From assembly GCA_004524445.1 (NCBI GenBank), contig SDNP01000024.1, positions 1 through 48,109 on the forward strand: a DNA stretch of 48,109 nucleotides. Reading direction: 5' to 3'. How positions within the stretch are numbered: the stretch's first letter is position 1; every line of letters starts with the position of its first letter. The notes beneath the pieces were generated by a model. The model saw only the letters and a program-made list of their open reading frames with translations. It ran no database searches and had not been told where the DNA came from. A program made the translations under genes and the position numbers. Shown in pieces: positions 8,769 through 18,769 of the stretch. Source of the DNA: Candidatus Thorarchaeota archaeon (GTDB lineage Archaea > Asgardarchaeota > Thorarchaeia > Thorarchaeales > Thorarchaeaceae).

Positions 8769-11753
8769 ATGCATGATTCACCATCCACGAGCCGAGAGGT
8801 AGATAACGTGACATCACAGACTGCAGAAACTGCAGATGAAACTCATAGAAAATTTCATGCGATGTCCCTTCAGGAAGTAATTGGTTCTTTGAAATCGAAC
8901 TCAGAACGGGGTCTCTCGAGCGGTGAAGCTAAGAATAGACTGGCAATTTACGGGCCAAACACAATCAAAAAAGTGAAGGGTTCCTTTTGGAAAGTGTATC
9001 TCGCTCCAATATTGAATTGGCTGATTAATATCTACCTCGTCAGTTCATTTGCTCTATTGATTCTTGCATTCTTTTTCCAATCTGCTGAAAACCAGGTGGG
9101 TCAAGCTCTTCTATGGCTAGGTGTGGTGAGCGTTAATTGTTTCGTGGCGATTTTCCAACAATTTCGAGCTCAGAAAAAGCTTGAAGCATTGGAGAAGCTA
9201 TCAGCGGGAGAGGCTCGAGTAGTACGTGATGGTTCTCAACTCAATCTACCTCCAGAGGAAATCGTCCCTGGAGATATCATAATACTTGAACAGGGAGATA
9301 AGATCCCCGCTGACTCAAGGATTCTGAATGAGAATAATCTGACGGTGAATGAAGCATCTCTGACGGGAGAAAGTGTCCCAGTTGATAAGGATGCCTCTAT
9401 TATTGTTGATGAAGATGCCCCATTAACAGATAGAAAGAATATGGTCTTCTTCGGAACGTATGTTGCAACAGGCACAGGAAGAGTCCTTGCCACCGAAACC
9501 GGGTCTGGAACACAGATTGGCAAGATTCAAGGAACCCTTGAGGAACTCAATACTGGCGATATTCCGCTACGGCGTAAGATAAATCGGCTGGCCAAATACT
9601 TGGGAATCGCTGCGATTTTTCTAATGATTCTCTCAGTCACTTGGGCACTCATTTGGGGACCGCTTCTCACTGCTCAACCAATTATGCTTGATCCCACTAC
9701 AATTGCTGACACGCTAACTTCAGGGATTACCAAGGCTATGACTATAATGCCAATCAACATTCCCTTGTTGTCCACCATTGTTCTTCTCACTGGTGTTCTA
9801 GCAATGGCTAAGATGGGAGTCATCATCAGAGACCTCTCAGCTGTTGAGAGCCTTGGAAGAGTCAGCCTAATCTGCTCCGATAAGACAGGAACTATGACAA
9901 GAAACCAGATGACGGTGAAATACATCTGGGATACTGAGAATCTGTATTCGGTGTCAGGCGCGGGTTACATACCGGAGGGAGGAATATACCGTGTTAAAGA
10001 TGGAACGCCTCTGGATACTTTCGAACCAGAAGAAGAGGTCAAAGTGACCGATGTTCTAGGATGGAAGAGCCTTCATAAACTGCTGGTATGTGGTGGAATC
10101 AATAATGATTCAGAGATAATAACAAAGGAGCTTCCCGAGCAGGGCATTGTTCATGTTCCGATGGGAGATCCAACAGATGCAGCTCTGCTTACTCTCTTTA
10201 GAAAGAGTGGGCTAAATGAGGAAGACATTGAGAAGAAATATCCAGTCGTGAAAGAGTTCCCATTTGAGTCAGACCTGAAGCGGATGTCGAAAATTTGTCG
10301 TGATGAAAATAGCTATATTGCATTCGTGAAGGGCGCCACAGAGATTTTGTTGCCTAGATGTACGAAACACGATGGCTCAAAGAATCCCAACAAAATGGAT
10401 TCAAGAATGAGAGAAAGAATAACGGAGATGACTACTGATTTTGCAGCGAAAGGATATCGTGTCATATCGTTAGCTTACAAAGAAATGAAATCAGTTCCAA
10501 GTAATCCCGATGCCAGAGAGTCAACAGAGCGCGATTTGACCTATCTCGGATTCACATGTATACTTGATCCTCCACGAGAAGGTGTGAAAGAAGCTGTGAA
10601 TGCGTGTCACAGTGCTGGCATCAATGTGATAATGATAACAGGAGATGCCGCAGCTACAGCTAAAACCATTGCAGCAGACTTGAACATCTTCAAACCAAAT
10701 TCACTCGCAATTGAAGGAAACGAAATTGATGAACTATCACCTGAAGACTTTCAGAATGTCAATGTGTTTGCACGGGTGAATCCAGCACATAAGCAGGTCA
10801 TCGTAGAGAGATACCAAGACCAGAAGAAGGTGGTGGCGATGACTGGCGACGGCGTTAACGATGCCTTGGCACTAGCCATGAGTGATGCAGGCATTGCCAT
10901 GGGGATAACAGGAACTGATGTGGCAAAAGAAGCTGCAGACTTGGTCATAACTGACGACAGCTTTTCGTCGATTGTCACTGGAGTGCATGAGGGAAGGGGA
11001 CTATTCAACAAAATCCGAATGATGGTCTACTTCTATGTCGCAATCAATCTGTTTGAATCAATTGTGTTCTTTGGAGGGATGTTCCTCTTGCCTGCTGGTT
11101 TTAATATGCTGACAGCTTGGCAAAGTCTCTACATTGTGGTTACTACGCATTCCTTCCCCGGACTCGCATTGGTATTTGACAAGACATCTCCTAGGGCAAT
11201 GGAAGAGAAACCACGAGATAGCGAGGAGATAATTACTAAGAAGCTTGCGAAATTTATGGGATTGAGCGTTGTATTGATGACCATTGGAGCTGCTATTGTC
11301 TATGGACTCACGTATTCTGGATGGGGTAACATTATTCCACTCTTTGTGGAGAATCAAGCAGGCTTCTATGCAGACTGGATTGACCCCATTAGCAGTGAGC
11401 CCTTTGCAATTACCAGCCCCGTCAAAGCCACCGTGATGCTGCTTACTATTTTGCTCTTAGTTGAGAGCTCAATGGTCCTCGTAATAAGACGGATCAATCT
11501 CCCACTTATTGATGCGATTAGAGAACCAGGCATCTGGCGATATGCTTTCCTTCTCGGACTCATATACCTAGCACATCTTCTTCTGATGTATGTTCCAATA
11601 GCGCAGGCCATCTTAGCTCCCCTTGGACTGCACTTCTATTTCATTCCGCTAACCACCTATGACTGGATTATCTGCATATTGGCTTCAGCTCCAGCTATTA
11701 TAGGAATGGAGATTTACAAGAAGTATTTGCGAATGAATGATGTTTCTCTGTGA
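8769..11753 (+). CDS. P-type ATPase, P2-like scaffold with non-canonical transport site
   Basis: TGES, CSDKTGT, KGATE, DPPR, MITGD and TGDGVNDA motifs; about 10 TM segments; M4 reads MPINIP instead of IPEGLP. Confidence 0.95.
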   Translation: MHDSPSTSREVDNVTSQTAETADETHRKFHAMSLQEVIGSLKSNSERGLSSGEAKNRLAIYGPNTIKKVKGSFWKVYLAPILNWLINIYLVSSFALLILAFFFQSAENQVGQALLWLGVVSVNCFVAIFQQFRAQKKLEALEKLSAGEARVVRDGSQLNLPPEEIVPGDIIILEQGDKIPADSRILNENNLTVNEASLTGESVPVDKDASIIVDEDAPLTDRKNMVFFGTYVATGTGRVLATETGSGTQIGKIQGTLEELNTGDIPLRRKINRLAKYLGIAAIFLMILSVTWALIWGPLLTAQPIMLDPTTIADTLTSGITKAMTIMPINIPLLSTIVLLTGVLAMAKMGVIIRDLSAVESLGRVSLICSDKTGTMTRNQMTVKYIWDTENLYSVSGAGYIPEGGIYRVKDGTPLDTFEPEEEVKVTDVLGWKSLHKLLVCGGINNDSEIITKELPEQGIVHVPMGDPTDAALLTLFRKSGLNEEDIEKKYPVVKEFPFESDLKRMSKICRDENSYIAFVKGATEILLPRCTKHDGSKNPNKMDSRMRERITEMTTDFAAKGYRVISLAYKEMKSVPSNPDARESTERDLTYLGFTCILDPPREGVKEAVNACHSAGINVIMITGDAAATAKTIAADLNIFKPNSLAIEGNEIDELSPEDFQNVNVFARVNPAHKQVIVERYQDQKKVVAMTGDGVNDALALAMSDAGIAMGITGTDVAKEAADLVITDDSFSSIVTGVHEGRGLFNKIRMMVYFYVAINLFESIVFFGGMFLLPAGFNMLTAWQSLYIVVTTHSFPGLALVFDKTSPRAMEEKPRDSEEIITKKLAKFMGLSVVLMTIGAAIVYGLTYSGWGNIIPLFVENQAGFYADWIDPISSEPFAITSPVKATVMLLTILLLVESSMVLVIRRINLPLIDAIREPGIWRYAFLLGLIYLAHLLLMYVPIAQAILAPLGLHFYFIPLTTYDWIICILASAPAIIGMEIYKKYLRMNDVSL

Positions 11754-11893
11754 CCTAACGAGAAGAAAATATGCGAAGACACTATCTAATTAACAGGTTG
11801 TAATTTTTTAATCAATTTGTATATACAGTAATGAATCCGCATGGGAACTACATAAATAACACATTTGACCTTAATCAAGTAGGCGATATACCC

Positions 11894-12751
11894 TTGGCTA
11901 GAATAACAACCCACAAAATTCGGTTGATGAAAGAGAAGGGCAAAAAGATTGTCATGTTGACAGCGTACGATGCCCCAACTGCCAACATTCTAAGCGAATG
12001 CGGAGTCGATATGATATTAGTTGGAGACTCCGTCGGAAATTCGTTGCTCGGGTATGAGAGCACCATCCCCGTGACATTGGAAGATGTAATCCATCATTGT
12101 GCGGCAGTTTCTAGAGCAAAACCCAACAGTTTCATTGTTGGCGATATGCCCTTCATGTCGTATAAAGTGAGCACTGAACAGGCTCTTGAAAACTGTGGAA
12201 AGATGCTTCAGAAGGGAGGAGCCGAAGCTGTGAAGATCGAGGGTGGGACGGCCAGGGTTGTTGAGATCGTCAAGTCTGTGGTGGATGCAGGAATTCCTGT
12301 TATGGGACACATTGGACTCACACCTCAATCAATCTATGAGCTGGGTGGGTATCGTGTCCAGGGAAGAACTAAGGAGACAACCGAGAGTCTTGTGTCCCAG
12401 GCAGTTGCATTGGAAAAGGCGGGTGCATTTTCAATTGTTATTGAGCTCGTTCCGTCACTGACCGCAAAAATGGTCACAGAATCAATTGATATTCCCACGA
12501 TTGGAATTGGTGCGGGCCCTCACTGCGATGGACAGGTCCTTGTTATTTGGGATATGCTAGGTCTCTTTGAGGAATTCAATCCGAAGTTTCTCAAGAAGTA
12601 CGCCAATATTCGCCAAGTCATCAAAGATGCTGTGAACGAATACTCAAAAGAAGTGCGAAATGGAGAATTTCCTGACCCGAAGCATAGTTTTGAAATGTCC
12701 GAAGAAGAATCGGGACGGTTGTATGGAAGAAATAAACCGAATGAGAAGTAG
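11894..12751 (+). CDS. panB: 3-methyl-2-oxobutanoate hydroxymethyltransferase
   Basis: MLTAYD, ILVGDS, GDMPFMSY, VKIEGG, GHIGLTPQ, IGIGAGPHCDGQVLV. Probable TTG start at 11894 (ORF track gives 11831). Confidence 0.97.
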   Translation: MARITTHKIRLMKEKGKKIVMLTAYDAPTANILSECGVDMILVGDSVGNSLLGYESTIPVTLEDVIHHCAAVSRAKPNSFIVGDMPFMSYKVSTEQALENCGKMLQKGGAEAVKIEGGTARVVEIVKSVVDAGIPVMGHIGLTPQSIYELGGYRVQGRTKETTESLVSQAVALEKAGAFSIVIELVPSLTAKMVTESIDIPTIGIGAGPHCDGQVLVIWDMLGLFEEFNPKFLKKYANIRQVIKDAVNEYSKEVRNGEFPDPKHSFEMSEEESGRLYGRNKPNEK

Positions 12752-12758
12752 ACGTTCT

Positions 12759-12980
12759 CTACTCCTCGTCCTTCTCTACTTTTTCATTTAGGGCTTCTAC
12801 CAGCTTATCAGGGTCAATGCCGTGTGCAACAGCGCCTTGCTCAACATTTTCATATTTGGCAACAGCGCAGCCATAGCAATGGAGACCCCACTCCATGAAA
12901 GTTCCTGCTGTTTCTGGCCACTTCATCACTACTTCAGCGATTGTCATGTCTTTCTTGATTGTTTGAGCCATTATGTTCAT
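12759..12980 (-). CDS. DUF1858 (hybrid-cluster-associated redox disulfide) domain protein
   Basis: IKKDMTIAEVV..WPET...GLHCYGC....ENVEQGAVAHGID. Confidence 0.9.
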   Translation of the reverse strand: MNIMAQTIKKDMTIAEVVMKWPETAGTFMEWGLHCYGCAVAKYENVEQGAVAHGIDPDKLVEALNEKVEKDEE

Positions 12981-13052
12981 CTCTCTATTAACTATGGTTA
13001 ATGTTTCTCACCCATACTTCATAATTTTTTCAATATATACCTTACGTTAGGG

Positions 13053-14012
13053 CTAGTTGAAGGTATATTGATCTCCGACACTGGAATATACTGCCGCAGT
13101 GCCGAGGGCGGACTTAATAGACTGCTGGGCTTTCCAACCGGTACAATGAGTCGCGGCTACAAGAGTAGGCTGTACTTCTTTCAATTCATGAACAGTAGAT
13201 TCAATGGTAGATTCCTTCTTTCTCGCCAGATGAAAGCCGCCAATGATGCCAGCAACTTTGTCGTCACCAGTAAGCTCCATGGCATATGTGACCATATTTA
13301 CAATGCCAGCATGACTACAACCCGTCACGATCACAAGTCCATTCTTTGTTTTGGCAGCAACGAATTGGTCTTCTATAAGGGAATGATCATCTTCCCATTT
13401 GCCATTGACCAATGCGTGGTGACCAGGGAAACCAGTTTCATAGGGGGTCCTTCTTGGCACTTCTCCTGAGATTAGCAGCAAGTCATTGTGAATTGTTTTT
13501 GCCTTACTGGAATCCATCAGAGTCCCTCCATGCTCTAGTATCTCATCACGACTGGGAATTGAATCTAGCTCGCGTATTCTAACATTGCCATCCTCTTGTG
13601 TGTGCACAGATTTTGGGAGAAACATCCTTGGATGAATGTATACAGGAAGGCCCTGCGTTTTCACTCTTTCAAGGAGCCACAGCAATCCGCCAAAATGATC
13701 CCAGTGCCCATGGGACAAGACAGCCGAGTCAACCCCATGAACATCAATTCCAAGCGCTCCTACGTTGTTTGACAATACAATGTCTGAGGGGCCAGTATCA
13801 TAGACTATCTCGTATCTGCGTTCGTCCTTTGATATTTCCATGAGAGCTGAAAATCCATGACCTGCTACTAGATAGTGAGGTGTGGCTTCTGCTGAATCTA
13901 CCCATGACCCTGCCCTCTTGGCACTCGGGTGAGATGCATCTGAAATCCATCCGATTTTATTATCAACAAGCAAGCGAATAACGACTTCATCTGCACAGTC
14001 TAGATTCTTCAA
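13053..14012 (-). CDS. MBL-fold metallo-hydrolase (MJ0301-like/dihydropteroate-synthase-associated family)
   Basis: LVDN, HGFSAL, YDTG, LSHGHWDHFGG, TGCSHAG, GGFHL, HCTG. Likely TTG start at 14012. Confidence 0.9.
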   Translation of the reverse strand: MKNLDCADEVVIRLLVDNKIGWISDASHPSAKRAGSWVDSAEATPHYLVAGHGFSALMEISKDERRYEIVYDTGPSDIVLSNNVGALGIDVHGVDSAVLSHGHWDHFGGLLWLLERVKTQGLPVYIHPRMFLPKSVHTQEDGNVRIRELDSIPSRDEILEHGGTLMDSSKAKTIHNDLLLISGEVPRRTPYETGFPGHHALVNGKWEDDHSLIEDQFVAAKTKNGLVIVTGCSHAGIVNMVTYAMELTGDDKVAGIIGGFHLARKKESTIESTVHELKEVQPTLVAATHCTGWKAQQSIKSALGTAAVYSSVGDQYTFN

Positions 14013-14028
14013 ATGACTACCCCGGGAT

Positions 14029-14451
14029 CTATAGTACCATATGGTCAAGCCCCATGTCCCTGAGAACCTCGGGGTAAATCTTGAACAGAGGTTTTATTTT
14101 GGACAGGAGTCCCAGAGCTTTTGCAATGGAACCATCCAGCTTAACCTCTCCTTTTGCCATTGCAATAGTCGTATTCAGTTTCCCCTGCCAGAATTTATTG
14201 GTAGTTTCAGAGGTGCTCCACACAGCAATCTCAGGTTCCACATCGGAGTCAAAGCTCAGTGTCCCCAACTTACCATCTTCGCCTTCCTCCTGGAAGTTGA
14301 TTGTGACATGAACTTCGGGTTGCTCGATATCAAATCTGACAATAATTCCAGATTTTGCCAATTTTTCATGTACCTCTTCTTGTTCCTTGGCACGAGGCCA
14401 GAAGTTGCGAAATACTTCCTTCAACTGCTCGCTATTTTCGTAATAAGGCAT
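14029..14451 (-). CDS. SCP2 sterol/lipid-binding domain protein
   Basis: FWQGKLNTTIAMAKGEVKLDGSIAKAL matches the SCP2 C-terminal pattern. Confidence 0.85.
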   Translation of the reverse strand: MPYYENSEQLKEVFRNFWPRAKEQEEVHEKLAKSGIIVRFDIEQPEVHVTINFQEEGEDGKLGTLSFDSDVEPEIAVWSTSETTNKFWQGKLNTTIAMAKGEVKLDGSIAKALGLLSKIKPLFKIYPEVLRDMGLDHMVL

Positions 14452-14506
14452 AATGAACTCACGGCATTGTAGATGCCATTACTATGATACAAACGTTTCG
14501 GGGCCT

Positions 14507-15805
14507 TCACATGGCTAAGAGATACCTATCAATCTCCCAGCTCGTGACCTGCATGGGACCGGGATCTCCAGTTACGGAAACGTAATCTCGCCACTCATTC
14601 AAACGCATTCTAGTAATCCACTCTATCAGTTCCTCTCCGAGGACCTCACGAAGGACACTGTCGCTTTCCAGTTCTGAAATCGCAATGCTCAACGACGGGG
14701 GAAGTTGCCTAGCTCCTTCTTGTGATTCGAATAAATCATCATCTCTGGGAGAGGGAGGCTCTAGTTCGTTCTCTACTCCATCAAGCCCCGCAGCGAGTAT
14801 GGCGGCTAGAGCAAGGTGGGGGCTACAGGAGGAATCAGGACATCGTAACTCGATTCTTGCATTCTTGTGGTTACCCATATAATGTGGGATTCGGATCATG
14901 GTGGTTCTGTTCATCGGTCCCCAAGCGATCTGTGTCGGGGCTTCGAAACCAGGCCTGAGTCGCTTATATGAGTTAACTGTTGGAGCTACCAATGCCGCAA
15001 GACCCGAAGCATGCCTGAGTAATCCGGCTGCAAAATGTTCTGCAGTCTTCGAGAGTGCGCCGTCTTCTCCTGAAAACAGGTTATTCTCACCCTTCAGATC
15101 CCAGAGACTCTGATGGATATGCAATCCGCTTCCATTTTCTTTTGCAAATGGCTTTGGCATAAAGGTTGCAATCAGTCCATCTCTTATCGCCCGTTCTGCG
15201 ATGCTTGCGCGAGCTACTAGAATTGCATCTGCGAGTTCCATGACATCACAGAATTTCAACCCAATCTCATGCTGACCTCTGGCAACTTCGTGATGATGGA
15301 CCGTAGTATGTAAGCCCATTCTCCTAAGCGTCATTGAAACATCTCTTCGAATGGATAATCCTCTGTCTGAAGGAGGTGCGGCGTAGTAGCCGCCGGAATC
15401 CGCTGGTATTATTCCAGATTTGCCCAACTCACGGACGAGAAAAAACTCAAGCTCTCCCCCAACCATAAACCTGAAACCCATCTCTCTTGCATTTGAGATT
15501 ACGCGCTCCAAGACAGTAATTGTGTCTAGACGATGTGGAATATCGTCCGTATCATATACTCTACATAGTGCTAATGCCATATCCTTATCCCAAGTTTCAT
15601 AGATTGGCTCCCCCCTTAGCTTCAATACTAGGTCGCTATTGTTCACCTTTGCGTAGCCCTTTACTGAGGAGCCATCAAAGCAGACACCAGAGTTAGATAT
15701 CTCACCTAGCCTATCAGATGCAATCTCAACAGCCTTTGTTTCACCGAGAGGAGTTGTAAAGAGGAGCCTAAGAAACTCCGGGATTCTTCCATCCATGTTA
15801 GTCAC
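14507..15805 (-). CDS. glnA: Glutamine synthetase type I
   Basis: FDGSS, ELEFF, HHEVARGQHEI, FMPKP, NGSGLHIHQSL, NSYKRL..GFEAP, NRT..IRIP, RIELR. Confidence 0.93.
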   Translation of the reverse strand: MTNMDGRIPEFLRLLFTTPLGETKAVEIASDRLGEISNSGVCFDGSSVKGYAKVNNSDLVLKLRGEPIYETWDKDMALALCRVYDTDDIPHRLDTITVLERVISNAREMGFRFMVGGELEFFLVRELGKSGIIPADSGGYYAAPPSDRGLSIRRDVSMTLRRMGLHTTVHHHEVARGQHEIGLKFCDVMELADAILVARASIAERAIRDGLIATFMPKPFAKENGSGLHIHQSLWDLKGENNLFSGEDGALSKTAEHFAAGLLRHASGLAALVAPTVNSYKRLRPGFEAPTQIAWGPMNRTTMIRIPHYMGNHKNARIELRCPDSSCSPHLALAAILAAGLDGVENELEPPSPRDDDLFESQEGARQLPPSLSIAISELESDSVLREVLGEELIEWITRMRLNEWRDYVSVTGDPGPMQVTSWEIDRYLLAM

Positions 15806-15900
15806 TTCATTCTAATAATGCAGTTTGAAGGAAGCTTGATTCAAAAGATTATCCCGAAAAAAAGCGAATCTTTTTCAGTTTATTCGGTATAGTATGATGT

Positions 15901-16398
15901 ATGACTGAAAAACATTCACCTCATTTGGATGATGATGATAAAGAAATTCTCCAACTCATTCAGAGTGACGCCAAGATGAGCATGAAGGAGATTTCCGAGC
16001 AGGTGGGCAAAGGGATATCGACCGTGCATTCACGGATTAAGCAGATGGAAGCTGATGGTGCAATTCGGGGATATACTGCTCTAGTGAATCCGGATGCAGT
16101 TAACCGGGCCGTTCTAGGGTTCATCCTCATCACTGTCCGCTACAGAGCCCCAGGAGAAAAACGGGTTCTATCTCAGAGGCAGTTCTGCCAAGATATTGCA
16201 AAGCATCCCTTTGTCATGGGGGTACATGTCCTGAGCGGTGAATATGATGTGATTCTCAAGGTGCGAACCTCCTCAATCAGGGAGATGAACGGGTTTATCG
16301 TTGATTTTCTTCGTGAAATTCCGGCAGTTGACAAGACCTTGACAATGTTTGTGATGGATACGTACAAGGACTCTCTAAGAATCGAGCAAATTCGATAG
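15901..16398 (+). CDS. Lrp/AsnC family transcriptional regulator
   Basis: LDDDDKEILQLIQSDAKMS HTH, GAIRGYTALVN, SGEYDVILKV; divergent from glnA. Confidence 0.95.
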   Translation: MTEKHSPHLDDDDKEILQLIQSDAKMSMKEISEQVGKGISTVHSRIKQMEADGAIRGYTALVNPDAVNRAVLGFILITVRYRAPGEKRVLSQRQFCQDIAKHPFVMGVHVLSGEYDVILKVRTSSIREMNGFIVDFLREIPAVDKTLTMFVMDTYKDSLRIEQIR

Positions 16399-16582
16399 AA
16401 CCGAATCATATCAAGAACACCATCCCCTTCCAAAGATTGATTTTTCAGCGTATTCCCGGCGAACCCCCCAAAAAAACCGATGTAAGATTTGCAATATAAT
16501 CGCTGAAAAACTATAAGCAAATGCGACAAGGACTAGATGAAGCACAAGCCACCATTGTGGGTTGGGAGGCGACTATTGCATC

Positions 16583-17362
16583 ATGCAAGAAGTACAGGCC
16601 TACGGGGTATCAGCTAGTTGTGTCAGAGATGAAATCTCTACTATTATGGGAGCGCAGATGGAAGATGATTCGGTTAGGAGTGAAAAGACGGGAGAAGTAA
16701 AGGTCCAACCAGAAATCTACTCATCGACCGTAGCGTATTGTGCACCAACAGCTTCGACAGATAGTTGTGAGGGGGCAGCCCTTTGTATTATCATCATTGG
16801 TGTTATAATGGCGCTTTTCGCTGTTGTGTGGGCAATTGTCATGCTGGCATTTTCAATCATGACCTTTGGGGGCTTCATCAAAAGGCGTTACAGGACCATT
16901 GTGCTTTTCGAGAAAGAACACAAGCCGTTCCTTTCAAAGCTAGCTCTTCTATCAGTTAGGAACGAGGGGGTCATCAATTATCCATTAGGAATTCCAATGT
17001 ATGATGAATGGATGAGAAGAACATTCGGATTATTCAGTAGAAAGAAGTACATGCGACAGCTCAGCCTTTTCCTAGCAGGCATTTGGGGACTGCTTGAGGT
17101 TGGCTTTAAGCTCAATCAGATTCTGTTTGACCCTACCTTTTCATACAATCTCTGGCCTCTAAGAATTGTCATGGTTGCAATTTTCCTGCCTCTGTTGTTC
17201 TACGCTCCAATCTTGGAGATTCAATTTCGCCGCGCGTTTGACAAGGGGAAGGAGATTGTAGACCGAGTTCTACTTGATGAACCGAGTTATCGTCCGGATC
17301 CAGCTCCAGATACCGTCAGTTACCAAAGCGGATTAGGAAAGAGTGAGGAATTCTTTGGTTGA
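16583..17362 (+). CDS. Hypothetical membrane protein (paralog of 34643-35374)
   Basis: ATG at 16583 with GGAGG upstream; about 4 TM segments. Confidence 0.75.
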   Translation: MQEVQAYGVSASCVRDEISTIMGAQMEDDSVRSEKTGEVKVQPEIYSSTVAYCAPTASTDSCEGAALCIIIIGVIMALFAVVWAIVMLAFSIMTFGGFIKRRYRTIVLFEKEHKPFLSKLALLSVRNEGVINYPLGIPMYDEWMRRTFGLFSRKKYMRQLSLFLAGIWGLLEVGFKLNQILFDPTFSYNLWPLRIVMVAIFLPLLFYAPILEIQFRRAFDKGKEIVDRVLLDEPSYRPDPAPDTVSYQSGLGKSEEFFG

Positions 17363-17504
17363 GATCGCACCAAGATTCCTTTCAGTTCTACTTGGTGTAG
17401 CAGCATGTTTTCTCCGGATATAGGCAATGTATAAGTAGTAGAATCCGAAGGCGAGCATATGGAATTCACTCTTCTTAGGAAGAGATTGAGGAATTGATGA
17501 ATAA

Positions 17505-18767
17505 ATGAGTCGAAAAGTTTGCATCGCAGGCGGTGCCGCTACACCGTTCGACTACCCAATGCATATCACGCCAGAGGGAATGGCTGCTAACTGTATTGTA
17601 GAAACCCAGGAGGATATACCTGACTTCACCTTGAGAGATTTGGAATTCATGGTATATTCCCATTTCTCAGTACACTTTGGTAAGCAACTCTGTCCTGAGT
17701 GGATCGTTCATGACCACCTTGGGCTAGTCGGGCTGCCGCATGTGCGAATAGAAAATGGAGGAAATACAGGCGGCTCCGCCTTATATGGAGCATTCATGGC
17801 AGTAAAATCCGGGCTGTTTGATGTCGTTGGCGTCTACGGCTGGGAAGCTATGGACAATGTGACCCAGTCGCAGGGGTCGGAGTTCATTGCACTGGCATCC
17901 GACACACGATACGAAGCACTTGCTGGCGGGATCTACCCCATATACTACGCTGCTATGGCGTATAAGTTCATGAAAGAACACGACCTGACAGAAGAGGACT
18001 TTGCCCTAGCTGCTCTGAAGAACAGGAACTACGCGACTGACAACGAGAAGACCCAGTGGTATCGTGGCGAGTATCAGAAGTACAAGAGAGACCTGACCGT
18101 TGATGATATTATGAAAAGCAGACTCATCAGCTACCCGCTGAAGAGATATGACTGCTGTCTGATGAGTCGCGGAGGTGCCTTTGCTCTCGTGACCAGCGAA
18201 GAGTGGGCGAAGAAACACGCTCCCAATACCTATGTCGAAATCGATGGTGCTGGTCTTAGTAGCTGTACCATTCGAGCTGGCGATAGAATCGACTTCCCAG
18301 GTTGGAATGAGATGTATGGGAAGGGTTACCCAGACATGACAGAGTTCGCAGCGTGTCGCCGTTCTGGTGAGGTTGCCTATGATATGGCAGGTATCGAGTA
18401 CAAGGATGCCGCGAAGGAGATTGATGTGGCTGAGATCCACGATGCGTTCAGCTCGTCTGAGGTCCAGATTTACAAGGCGCTCCACTGGTGCGATAAGGAC
18501 AACATGAAGGACTTCATCCGCGAGAAGCAGACCTTTATGGAGGGCGAAGTGCCGACCAATGTCGGCGGTGGTCTGATGGGCTACGGTCATCCAGTAGGCG
18601 CAACGGGAATCATGTCAGCTATCGAGTGTTCATATCACCTTAATGATCTAGCACCAAAGAAACATCGCAGCTCCAAGACCTATGTTAAGGACGCAGAAAC
18701 AGGGCTAGTGAATAGTCATGCTGGAACAGGAACCAGTATCTCGAACTTCATTCTGAGGAGGCCATAG
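17505..18767 (+). CDS. Thiolase-fold protein (SCP-x-like) lacking the N-terminal catalytic Cys
   Basis: RIENGGNTGG in place of ExACASG; EIHDAF, GGLMGYGHPVGATG, SHAGTGT. Confidence 0.9.
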   Translation: MSRKVCIAGGAATPFDYPMHITPEGMAANCIVETQEDIPDFTLRDLEFMVYSHFSVHFGKQLCPEWIVHDHLGLVGLPHVRIENGGNTGGSALYGAFMAVKSGLFDVVGVYGWEAMDNVTQSQGSEFIALASDTRYEALAGGIYPIYYAAMAYKFMKEHDLTEEDFALAALKNRNYATDNEKTQWYRGEYQKYKRDLTVDDIMKSRLISYPLKRYDCCLMSRGGAFALVTSEEWAKKHAPNTYVEIDGAGLSSCTIRAGDRIDFPGWNEMYGKGYPDMTEFAACRRSGEVAYDMAGIEYKDAAKEIDVAEIHDAFSSSEVQIYKALHWCDKDNMKDFIREKQTFMEGEVPTNVGGGLMGYGHPVGATGIMSAIECSYHLNDLAPKKHRSSKTYVKDAETGLVNSHAGTGTSISNFILRRP

Positions 18768-18769
18768 AG

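Noticed and set aside
8769-11753. Calling the ATPase a bona fide P4 flippase or a SERCA-type Ca pump
   Set aside because: It lacks the P4 DGET/FYKN motifs and also the Ca site II ligands, so neither label is supported.
18006-18590. 194-aa antisense ORF
   Set aside because: It lies fully opposite the thiolase gene and is explained by codon bias.
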